A stretch of DNA of 64,000 nucleotides from Cyanophora paradoxa CCMP329 (lineage: Eukaryota > Plantae > Glaucophyta). Positions 48,001-59,000 of this stretch are shown here, piece after piece; the first letter of the stretch is position 1, and each line of letters starts with the position of its first letter. A program made the translations under genes and the position numbers. The notes below the pieces were generated by a model. It saw nothing but the letters and a program-made list of their open reading frames with translations, was not told where the DNA came from and ran no database searches. The stretch covers positions 1 to 64,000 of the forward strand of contig QPMI01000596.1 in the NCBI GenBank assembly GCA_004431415.1, read 5' to 3'.

Positions 48001-51000
48001 CGCCCTGTACCCCTCCCCACCTCCGCCCCCTCCCACCTACATGCGCCCCCTCTCCCTCTCCTCCGCCCCCTCATCCTCGGGGGTACAGGACATCATCCGG
48101 GGCCAGGACGTGATCCGGCAGTACGAGGTGCAGGCCGAGTTCATGGTGCGCCCTCTATCTCATGAACCAGACCCTCTATCCAGAGATAGATAGATAGATA
48201 GATAGATAGAGAGTCGGGATCCGGAGATAGGACCCAGCCCTTTGATGGGCAAGATCGTTCGGCTGCCTCATTAATCTCTGTCTCGGCTGGCTCTCCCCCG
48301 CCCCCCAGGACCGGTTTATGGAGAGCGTGGAGGCGACGCGCGTGCACGCCCGCTCCTTCTTCTTCAACTCCCGCATGGTACCCCCCCCGCCCGCTGCACC
48401 CCGCTGAAGACCTATTCCTCACCTGAAGCGCACGCCCCCCGGGGGGGGTACAGTACCTGGAGATGTACGTGGTGCTCAACACGGGCCTCAACCTCGCCGT
48501 CCTCCTCGCCGGCGGTACCCCCCGTCCCCCCTTCCCCCCCTTTCCCCTCCCGCCCCCCTCCACCCCTCTCCACCCACCCTCCCCCCTGCAGGGGCGCTGG
48601 TGCTGCAGGGGTGGACGGGCCTCGCCGAGCTCCTCGCCATCCACAACTGCGCCTCCAAGATCGGCACCGCCGCCAAGGTCCCTCCACTTTCCCGATATAA
48701 GAGCATCGAACATAGGAACATTAGAGCGAACTTAGATGGATGCCCCTGGGGCTCGGAACCGCCGCCAAGGTCCCCCCGATGTTTTCATTATATACTAACA
48801 TCGAACATAGAAACATAGAAACATGAAATAGGCCAGAAGATCGGCCAGACAAAGAACTAGACGTAGAACCTAGAGTGACGGGCCCTGGGGCTGGGGGCGG
48901 CGCCGGCAGCTGATGTGGGGGCCCGGTCCCCGGGGCGGCAGCTTGTGTTCGGGTCGGTGCCGGACCTCCTCCGCGGCCTCGGAGGCCTCCAGGTACCCCC
49001 CCACCCCTCCCCCCCCACGCTTGTGTAGAGGGCCCAGCAAGACGCGCGCGGCGCCGCGCCGCGCATCGAGGGCGTCCCTAACTCGGCCCGCGCCCAATCT
49101 GACGCGGGCGGGGCGGGGCGCCGCGCAGCGCATCGAGGGCCTGCTGTGGCACGAGGCGTCGGGCCGCGTCAAGCTCTACGACATCTTCGCCCGCTCCCGC
49201 AGGGTCCGCTGCGCCTGCGCCCTTAAGATGCTTAAGATAGATGCCCGGAGCATCCAGGCCTGGCCTCCTGGCCTCCTGAAGATGCCGCTCTAGACGCCCA
49301 CGCCCTATATAGCAGGATAGACGCCCCGAGACCCCCCCCCTGCGCCCGCGCAGCTTCAGCTATTTATAGAGCTAGAATGGGTCCGCACGCCCGCTTGCCC
49401 AGCGCTCTGACGACTCTCCCGCCGCGGCAGCTCATCGCGAGCGAGGCCCGCCGCACCATGTCGCCCCCGCCCCGCTCCCCCAACTCCGCCTCCGCGACGC
49501 TCAGGTGAGCTCTCTTCTCCCCCCCTCTCTTGCCTGCTTTTTCGCTTCTTCTGAGTACCCCCGCCCCCGCCAGCCCCCCCGGGACGCCCTTCAGCCCCGC
49601 CCCCATGAGCCCCGTAGCCCTCTCCATCCAGATCGCCCCGCCGGAACCGGGTACCCCCTCTTCCTCGCCGGTACCCCCTCTCCCGCTCTAAAAATAGACA
49701 CAGGGGACGTTGAGTCGGGCGGGGGGCTCGAGAAGGCGCCCAGTACCCTCCGGCGCCTTTTTTCCGTGAACCCCGCGCACTCCCTCCGGGGAGATCAATT
49801 CGTGGAGGAGCGCGTCAAGGGACCCCCCTCCCGCCAGGCCTCCGAGAAAAGGTACCCCCCCCCCGTTGTCTCCCCCAGTACCCCTGTTGGACGCTCACGG
49901 TACCACGGCAGCGATGCGGGGACGCACACGGGCGACTCTCCGGTCACCAGCTTCACAGTGCGCCTTCGTGGTCTTTGCGAACGTGTACCCGGGATCGTCT
50001 TCGACGCCGTACCCCCCGCAGCGCACCCGCAGCCGCTGGCGCAGAGGCAGCGCGCCCGATCAGGACTCGGAGCCACTCGGCGGGGTACAGGCCGCCATCG
50101 CGGTCCGCAAAGGGTGTGCCGCGACGCGAATCTTCGCCTGACGCACCCACGCAGGCATTCTCTGTACCCGGCGAACTCGAGATCAGCGAGGTGCGTTCAA
50201 TTTCGGTGGGATTCGTTTTTGGAGCCTTCTGATCATGCTGTACCCCAGCTCCTCTTCTCCCCCCGTCTGCCGGACGGCCGCCCCGCACAGTACCTTTCAT
50301 CCCTGGAGGTCGGTACCTTACAGGACTTTTTCTGTCCTTCGCCAACTCTGGGGGTACAGGCCGAGCGGCTCGTGGAGCTCCGTATGGGCCCCGACCTTCG
50401 GAAAATCACTCTACCCTCCGGCTCCTTCACGTCCTTCGTCGTGCGTACCCCCTGTCTCCCCCTGTACCCCTCTTTTCCCCGTTCTGAGCCCCTGTACCCC
50501 CTAGGGAAGCGCCGCGGCCCTTCAGACCCTCGCGGACCTCTTGCTCGCGAGCCTTCACCCGGTACGGCCCGTTCCGCGTACCCCTCCTAGCCCGTGGCAA
50601 TCAAACGCGTACCCCTCCCCTCAGACCGCCGGGCGGATTCGGTATAACGGCTGCCCCGCGCACCCCGTCATCGCCGTCGAGTGGCGGAAGCACGTGCGCG
50701 ACTCTCCCGTACCCCCTCCTCCCCGCGCGCCGTGAACCCCCCTCCCGACCGACCCGTCCCGCAGGTTGCCGTCATCTCCGAGGAGGTACCCCCTCCGATA
50801 CTCATCCCCCCGCTTCCCTACTCAACCGTACCCCCTCCCGTTTCCTTTCGCCGCAGCCGTTCATCTTCGCAGACTCCGTGCGAGGCAACGTGTGCCTGTG
50901 GGACGACCACGCCGACGACGATCGGGTAACCCCGTCGGCTCGCAAATCCGTACCCTTCCCCGCCCTCAAATCCGGGGTACAGGTCGTGGAGGCGCTCTCG

Positions 51001-54000
51001 AAGGCGGGCCTCTCGGAGTTCGGTGCGGCTACCCCCTCCTCTCCTCTCCTCCCCCCCTGGTCTCACCCCTTCTTTCTCCGCCCCGCGCAGCGGACCGGAA
51101 CGCGCTGAACACGGCGGTCTCGCCGCGCACGCTCGGCTCCAACGCCCGCCGGGCCCTCGCCTTCGGTCCGCAGCGCCTCCGCGTATTTATAATCTAAGCT
51201 TTCTCTAAGCTTCTAAGCTTTCAACTATATCTATAGATCTACGCTTCTTCGTCCGGTCTCTTCTATCTATCTTACTCTGACCGTCCCGCCCCCACCCGGC
51301 CCCGTGCAGCGCGGGCGCTGTACCGGCGGCCCCGCATCGTCCTCCTCCGGGACACCAGCCTCGGGTGCCCGCCGCCGCACCCCGCCGCCCCTCGCCGCCC
51401 TCGAGGGCCCGGGGGCGGAGGAGGATGCTGAGCCCCGCGCAGGGCGCCGCAGGTGGCGGTGCTGCGCGAGGAGGGCGCAGTCGTCGTGCGCCACGCCCGG
51501 CCCCCGCTATTATTATAAGGAAACGGCGAGATCTAGATCGGGTTTAGCCCGCCTCAAAGACACGATCTGAAGAGGCGGCTCGCCTGAGCTGAGATCAGGC
51601 CGAGCCGAGCCCCGCTGCGGTATTGAGATAAGCTTTATAGATTCAACATAGACTTCATAGACTCTAAGCTAAGATCAGCTCGAGCTCAAGGGCGGGGCGG
51701 GGGCGCAGGTGCGCTATAAGCGCTATAAGCTAGATCCGGGCCCCGCTCATAGAAAGAAGCTTTTATCGACCATTTACTAAGATAAAAAAGGCTGAGCCGA
51801 GCCCCGCGAGCTCGAGCTCAACGGCGTGGGCGGGGCAAGGCGGCAGGCTAATAGATTATAAACTAAGATCGGGCTGAGCTGAGCCCCGCGAGCTCGAGCT
51901 CAGATGTGGGGGCGGGGCGCAGGTAATAAGCTATATATAGATTTAATATAGACTTCATAGCTCGAGCTCGAGCTCGCGCTTTATAGATTTAATATAGACT
52001 TCATAGACTCTAAGCTAAGATAGATTATAAACTAAGATCGGGCCGAGCCGAGCTGTCTGAATAAGGCGGGGGCGCAGGTGCAGCTGTCGGGGCGGGTGGA
52101 CCGGGCGGCCGAGGCCGACGCGGTCGTCGTCCTCGCCGACGGCGAGCTCGCCGAGCAGGGTACGCCTCTTTTCTGTTTCTATTTTAGGCCCTGGTCACAC
52201 GTGCTGGCCCTTGGCCACGCCACGCCATGGCTAGATAGGATCGATGGATCGGGCTCGCCGTGCTGGATCCGCCCTGTTGTTCAGCTCTTGGTTTTAGGCC
52301 CTGGCTGGCCCCCGGCCCCGCCATGTTTAGATTGATAGTTCTAGGATGTTCAGGGGCCGCCCTCCTGCTCTGCTCCTGTTTCTGAGCCCTGGACCCCGCT
52401 CGGCGGACCCTGTGGGGGGCTCGCCGAGCAGGATACGTCCTCTTGTCTTGCCTCTAGTTTTAGGCCCTGGCTGGTTCCCGGCCCCGCGATGCTAGACGTT
52501 ACCACTGCCTCCTAATCCTCCTAGAGTGAGACCGGAATAGCGCGAGAAAGCAGCTAGAAATGTATCGCGCGCCCCTCGCAATCGTCCCCCGGCCCCTGAC
52601 GCGCCGCGCCCCGCGGCGCCTTTGCAGGGACGTTCGAGGCGCTGCGGGCGGGGGGCAAGCACTTCCCCGCCATGCTCCGCTCCCAGCAGTCCTTCACCGT
52701 CTCCCCGGACTCCACCGCCTCGTGCGCCTCGGGGCTCTAGATCTTGGCTCCTGCGTTCAGAGACGCCAGGCGGGGGCTGACGGGGCTTGCGGGGGCGGGC
52801 GGCAGGTGCCCTCTGGAGCGGCTGCGGGCGCTGGAGCCCTTCGCTGTGCCCGACCCGGGCCCCGCCGAGGAGGTGACCCGCCCGGCCCCGCCCGGGGCGC
52901 CAAGGCTCGGGATCCCGGGGTGCCACGCCTCGGGTCGGGGCATAGGGAGAGGCTGGGGGTGTAGAAGCTGCCGGCCGAAGCACGCGCTGGGGCGGGGCCC
53001 GTCGGGGGTTAGGAAGCCGGAGCTGACGGGGCGGTGTTGACGGGGCGGGCGGGGCGGGGGCGCACGGGGGCCGCCCCCTGCGGGGGACTAGGCGGGCCCG
53101 CCCTGGGCGGGGGAGGGGACGCCCTGGGGTAGAGAGACAAAGCTGACGTTGCGGGCGGGGGTGCAGGCGGCGCTGGCGGACGTCGGCTCCGCCCTCACCT
53201 CCGAGTCCTTCGCCCGCGGCCAGGTCCGACCCCGGCCCCGCCCCCGCCACAGACTCTCCGAGCTTGCACCCTCGCTTCTTCCCGGTTTCGCTGCCGGTCC
53301 CGCATCTAAGACGGCTCTAGATCTCCTGCTTGTCCTAGCCAAGCATCTTAAACACAGCTATCTTAGCATCTCAAACAGATCCGACCGCGGCCAGCGGCCA
53401 GATCCGACCCCGCCCCTAAGCTTGTACCCCCCCCTCCCCGGCTTCCTAAGCTTGCACCTTCGTTTCTTCCGAGCCTTCCTCCCTCCCTGAGGCCCCTGTT
53501 TCCTACGCAACTTAGAGCTATGCTGCTTGCCGTATCTAGACCTACGCATCTTAGACGGCTATCCTCCGTCGCCGCCCTGACGAGCGCCCCGCCCGGCCCG
53601 CTCGCAGCTGCTCTGCCGCGAGGGCGACCCGGCCCGCCGGTGAGCCCCTGCGCCGCTGTACCCCCCTTCCTCGATCGCCGACGCCCCTTCCCCCCCCCCT
53701 CTCCCTGCAGGTTCTTCCTCGTGGCCGCCGGCTCTGTCGTCGTCACGCAGGTCCGCTGTTGCTGTACCCCCCCGCTCTCTAGTTCTGCAGAGGCTTCCTG
53801 GCAGCACCTGCTCGGCCGCTGGAAGCTCTCCGAACGCTCTCTGTTCTCTGCTTCCACCCTCCGTTCGAGAGGCCGCTCTCTAGTTCTGTCGAGGCTTCTT
53901 GGCGGCGGCTGCTCGGCCGCCCTCTAGATCTATGCCCACGCTCCTCCTGTGAATCCGTTCTTCGTTTAATTTCCTCCCTCCGTTCGCCGCTCGCCCGCTG

Positions 54001-55600
54001 GAAGCCCTTCCCCGACCTAACGGCCCCGCGCGCTCTCGCGCAGGTCAACCTCGACGGGTCGGTCCGCCGCTGCGGCGTCCTCCAGCCCTCCGACTACTTC
54101 GTGCGTCTTAAAGCTTTCTGCGTTAAAGCAAGCTTAAGATTAGAAGCTAAGAGTATGTTATTGCCTTCAAGGAAACGCTTGAAGAGCACATTCCGGCGCG
54201 TCTGATTGGGCCGGGCGCGCAGTGGGTCCCGCCCCCGGAGTCCGGCCGGGGTACCCCCAGCGCCCCGTCCTCCCCCCTGGCCGGCATCATCGACTCGGCC
54301 GGCTCCGCCCACACGGTACCCCCCGCTACCCCCCCCCCCTCTTCTCTCTCCATTCCGGCGCCGGCACCGCTAAATGAACTTGCAATCCTTGCAATGAACT
54401 TGAACTTAAATGAAACGCCGCTTAAGTATACAATAAGCTAATCTCTTCTTCTACTCCCCCCTCTTCTTCCCCCCTTCTTCCTCCCCTCTCCCCCGCTCTG
54501 ATCCCCCCCTCGCTTCCATTCGAGCAGGATGCGGAGGGCGCCCCGGCGGCGTACCGGCACACGCTCGAGGCCGCCACCAACACCATCGTCCTCACGTGCG
54601 CTTCCTAATCTTACAGCCCATCTATCTATTTATCTGTGTCCAATCTCTATCTATCTATCCACCACCCGTCCCCCACTCGTCCTCCAATCTCTATCTATCT
54701 AACCAACTCGACTACGCCTCAGGATGGACGCGGGGCAGCTGCTGGCGCTGCTGACGCCGCGGATGCGGCGGCACGCGGCCGACCTCGCCGCCGCCCGCCG
54801 CGCCCGCGCCCGCTGGAAGGTCGCCCGCGAGAAGATCGGTGCGCGATATTTATCTGAGTAGATTTAGAGCTTTATTTAACATCGGGAGATCTAGCGATCA
54901 TGATCGTTATGTGAGTGATCGGGTAGTGAGTTCTCTGTGAGATATCGGGGGATCGTTTGTTCGGCTGAAGGTAGAGCGGGAGACGTCCTTTATACTGCTG
55001 CTTCGCATTAATATTTTACTGAGCTTTCCTTTACATCGGGTTAAGGAGAGATCATTCATTCATTTAGATTAAGTGAGGGCGGGGGCAGCCTGATAGCTCC
55101 TCCTAGCATAGCTTTTCTAGCTCGAGCTGCGTGATCGGTTCGGGATTCTCTGTGCGGCTTCCCTTTTTGCACAGCTCGTCTAGGTCTAGCTGCGTGTAAG
55201 CTCTTTTCGACTCTGACCGCCTCCCCCGTCAGGCGGTGTGGCGACGTTCCTCTCCGTCCGGCGCTCCTCCCAGGTCCGTACACTTACCCCCCTTCCTTCC
55301 AATTCGACGTACCCCCAAAGCTTGAACTTCCCCTTCCCCCCCCTTCTCTGACGTTGACTCTGAGCCTCCCCTTCCCCCGCAGCTCGCGCACGCGGCGTCG
55401 ACGCCGGCGGTGGGGCCCGTGGGGGGCCCCGGGGCGGCCCTCCCCGCCGCCGTCGAGCTGCGCCCGGCCTTCAGCGCTGCCGTAAGCTTCTCCCCCGCGC
55501 GGAGGGGGCGCCGGCGCCGGCGGCGGAGCCGGCGGCCGCGGCTCTCTCGCGGCCCAACAGCGCGCGCCGGCCGGCGGCCGCGCCCACTCCGTAGCTGTAG
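45021..55600 (+). CDS. ABCB-type half-transporter-like protein (TMD + degenerate NBD) with C-terminal cyclic-nucleotide-binding domain; 3' end approximate
   Basis: TMD exons (LEIAVPLSLKLVVDQ, RIVRDTQNKMVKHLLSLP, IRGQDVIRQY, GGLQ|RIEGLL); NBD fold (TAGRIRYNG, PFIFADSVRGNV, ARALYRRPRIVLL, ADAVVVLADGELAEQG|TFEAL); cNMP exons (SESFARGQ|LLCREGDPAR|RFFLVAAGSVVV, VLQPSDYF). Confidence 0.75.
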
Positions 55601-56077
55601 GCCGCCGGCCGCCCCCGGGCCCATGGTTGCCACTGGGCCCTGTGCCTCGGCGGCGCAATCGCAAGCGGCTGACCGGCGCTCCGACCCCGCCCGCGACCTG
55701 GATCCGGAGCGGCGCGGCCCGTGTGCGGCGGCGGTGTGTCTGATGCAGTGCGTCTCAATTAGGCAAAGAGTTCGGGTTAACGTTCGGAAAGAATTTGGTG
55801 GGCAGCGCGGCCAGGGCCGCGGCGGGCAGCCCCGCAACCCCAACAGCCCCAGCTTCGATCGCGAATCGCGATATTGGATGATATCGATCATGATCGATCG
55901 TCGCACTAGGCCTCGAGCTCATATGAGGCGTGGCCGGTCCGGTAAAATTCATCGATCGCGAGCTGAAATTTGCACAAGGCGCATCGAGCACGTACCCCGA
56001 GACCGAGAGCAACTTACACCGCAATAGCTGCGCCGCCTGCGCGACCGCGCTCAGCGGCTCGCGCTCGGCGGGAGAAC

Positions 56078-59000
56078 ATGTGCCCGGTGCGCACGCAACA
56101 CGAGAACGCCGGCCTGGAGAGGGATCTCGCGCCGGGGCTTAGCTATGTACACGTCAAAGTGCTCGGCGATTGCCGCGCGCCCCCGATCGGGATCACGAGC
56201 GTGCAAGGTGCGGATCGCCCATAAGACATACGTAGACGTGCCCGATCATTACCTAGCGCAGAGCTGACCCCGATCGGCCCACAAGTACTCACCGCCCCCG
56301 CGGCCGATGCCCCGCGCGCGCAGGTCCCGCCTTTGTCAAAGTGCGATCGTCCGAGAACTGCACTTGCTGGCAGGAGGAGCTGCTGCAGGCCGCGACGCGC
56401 GCTCTGCGCGTGGAGAACCTCGCGGCAGCGGACGCCGAGATCTACTTCTACAGCGCGCGGGACGCGTGCTTCGGGGTCTTGGACGCCGCGGGAGACATGC
56501 CTGATGTCAGCGGAGATGCCGGCTTCTACTACGTCGCGAGGAAAGGCGCCGGCTGGCCAGAAACCGCGCACTCGCCTTTCCTCCAGCAGCGCGCGCGCGA
56601 GTCCGGCGCGGCGGCGGCTGCGGCGGCGTCGGGACCGGCTGCGGTTGGCGCAGCATCGGCGCTGGACATTGCAGCGATAGCTGCGGCTGCCGCCCAGGCC
56701 GTGCTCGCCATCTCCAGCTCGAAGCAGCACCTGCTGCAGCCGGGATCTCTCGACTCTAGATCTTTAGCGGGCGCGGGCCGCGGCGCGGCCGGCGCGGCCG
56801 ACAGGCTTCAAAAGGCGGAAATCGTATCCGAAGGCCCCAGCCATGGTGCGCCCTGGCCCCTTCTCGCGCTTAGCTAAAACCTGATCGGGAGAGCAGCGGC
56901 TTCGGCTGCAGATGCGGATTCGAATTCGAACGTCAACGGGGCGATCCCGGCTGGGGAAAACAGCGCTGGCGCCGGGCCCCAGATCTGGATGCTTCCGGCA
57001 GCCAAGTCCCCCGAGCTGCAGCTGCAGAATTCGCCCTCAGCTGCCGCCGCGCCCGCCGCCGGCGCCGGCGCTGGCGCACCGTCAGCTGCCGCCGGGGCCG
57101 GGACGGCCGCACCTGCAAAGCCGGGAGGCGAGCCGGAGCGGCGCCGGAGCTTCAGCAGGATGCACAGCAGGCGGGACAGCCTACACCCATCCGCCGGGAC
57201 CGGCGGCGACACCCCTGGCCTGGAGACCGACCGCCAGCCGGAGCGGCGGACGTCCATCGACGCCATTCGGAGGAGCGTCGACTTCGGGAGGCGCGTGAGT
57301 GTGGACCTGGGCAGGAAGGTGAGCTGCAAGTTTTCATTCTTAAGCTTCGCAGGTCCTAACCCTATGAACTGACGTTGCGGCGCAGAGTTTCGAGTTTGCG
57401 ACCGAGCGGGTCACCAAATTCTGGGCGTCTCCCGTGCAGATGCACCAGGACCCCCGCAGCAAGAAGCACAAGCACATTCTGAACTACGACCCGGGAAAGG
57501 GTGCGCTCGCCCCTGCACTCGCGATATCGATCGCCCACGGAACACGGATCAAATCTGCGTGGCCCCTGCACCGAATCTAATCACTAATAAATGGACGTCT
57601 ATTCTAATCCATCTAATCCATCCATCCGAATTATAATAAATGGCTCCCCAGCGCTCGGCTGGAGTTCGGTCTTCCATCTGCAGTGGTCCGACTTCAAAAG
57701 CGGAATTCTCATTCGTACAATTATCCGTGAGCGTCGTCCCTGCCCCTACACGCTCGCCGCGCGCGGCGCCGCGTGCCAAGCAAGCTAATCGAATGCCGCG
57801 CGGCTGCTCCTGATCTCGATCTAGATCTCCTGAGCTAAGCTTATCGATCTAGCGGCTGCTCCGATCCGGATCCCGGTGAGCTAAACTAATTTTAATCGAT
57901 CTGCAAGTGACCGGCATCGCGGCGGCGCTGGGCGCGGTCTCCTGCCGGACGGACGTCTCGGGCGCGGGCGGCAAGTGGTCGTTCTGCCTGCAGCAGTACA
58001 CGTCGGGCGACCTGCTCGCCTTCTCCACCCTCGTCTCTTTCCTCCTCACCCAGTTCGTCGCCCAAACCTTCTCCCGCTGGTGGAGCATGCGGATACACAT
58101 CCTTGCGTGCGCGACTGCGCGCATGCGGATACAAATCCATGCGGATGCGCATCTTAGCATCTAGATCTGTTAGCGCATCATAGTCCCTTCGAATTCTCTT
58201 CGCTTCGCTCGCATCTTAGCGTGCGCTGCTGCAGCTGCGCCCGCTTATATTAGCATCTAGATCTCAGCGCATCTTCTCTTCTCCTTAACATCGTAGCATC
58301 TAAGCATCTATCTGGCCATCTTGTCGTCCTGCACTCTCATCATCCTTATCATCTGTCCACGCGCGCGCCCCGCAGGGTGCAGGGCCGCACGGCCGACTTC
58401 GTTCGCCAAGTCGTTTCCTACGTCGACGACAGCCCGCGCGGGCTGGAGGTGCGTCGCCGCCGCTGCCGCCCTAGATCCTCGCTGCGCGCCCTAGCTCTCC
58501 GGGACGGCTAGATCTAGAGGGGACACGGACCAGTTCTTCCGCCTCACTGCATGGCAGCGAGTGCTCTCCACTAGTACTGCCTTTCTCGCCTAAACTCTTG
58601 GCGCCGGCTGCGCACTCTCCGCCACGCACACCGCCGCTCACGCGCGTGCGCGCGGCAGGCGCGGCGCGAGCTGACGCGGCTCATGACCCTCTCCCATGCG
58701 ATGGTCTACAAGCAGGCCCGCAAGACCGAGGGCGCGCGCGCGCGCCGGCTCTCTGATCTGATCTGATCTGATCTGACCTGATCTGATCTGATCTGATCTG
58801 ATCTGCAGACATGGGCGACCTGCTGGAGCTGGGTGTGATGCGGGAGGAGGAGTGGGAGGCGCTGAAGCCCAGCCCCTCCAACCGCTTCGTCATCGTGCGC
58901 CGGCCTCCTTCTCGTCCTATCTTTTTATAGGACCCTAGATAGATGCTACACCCTAGAGTGGGAGGCCCTCATGCCCAGCTCCTCCAACCGCTTCGTCATC

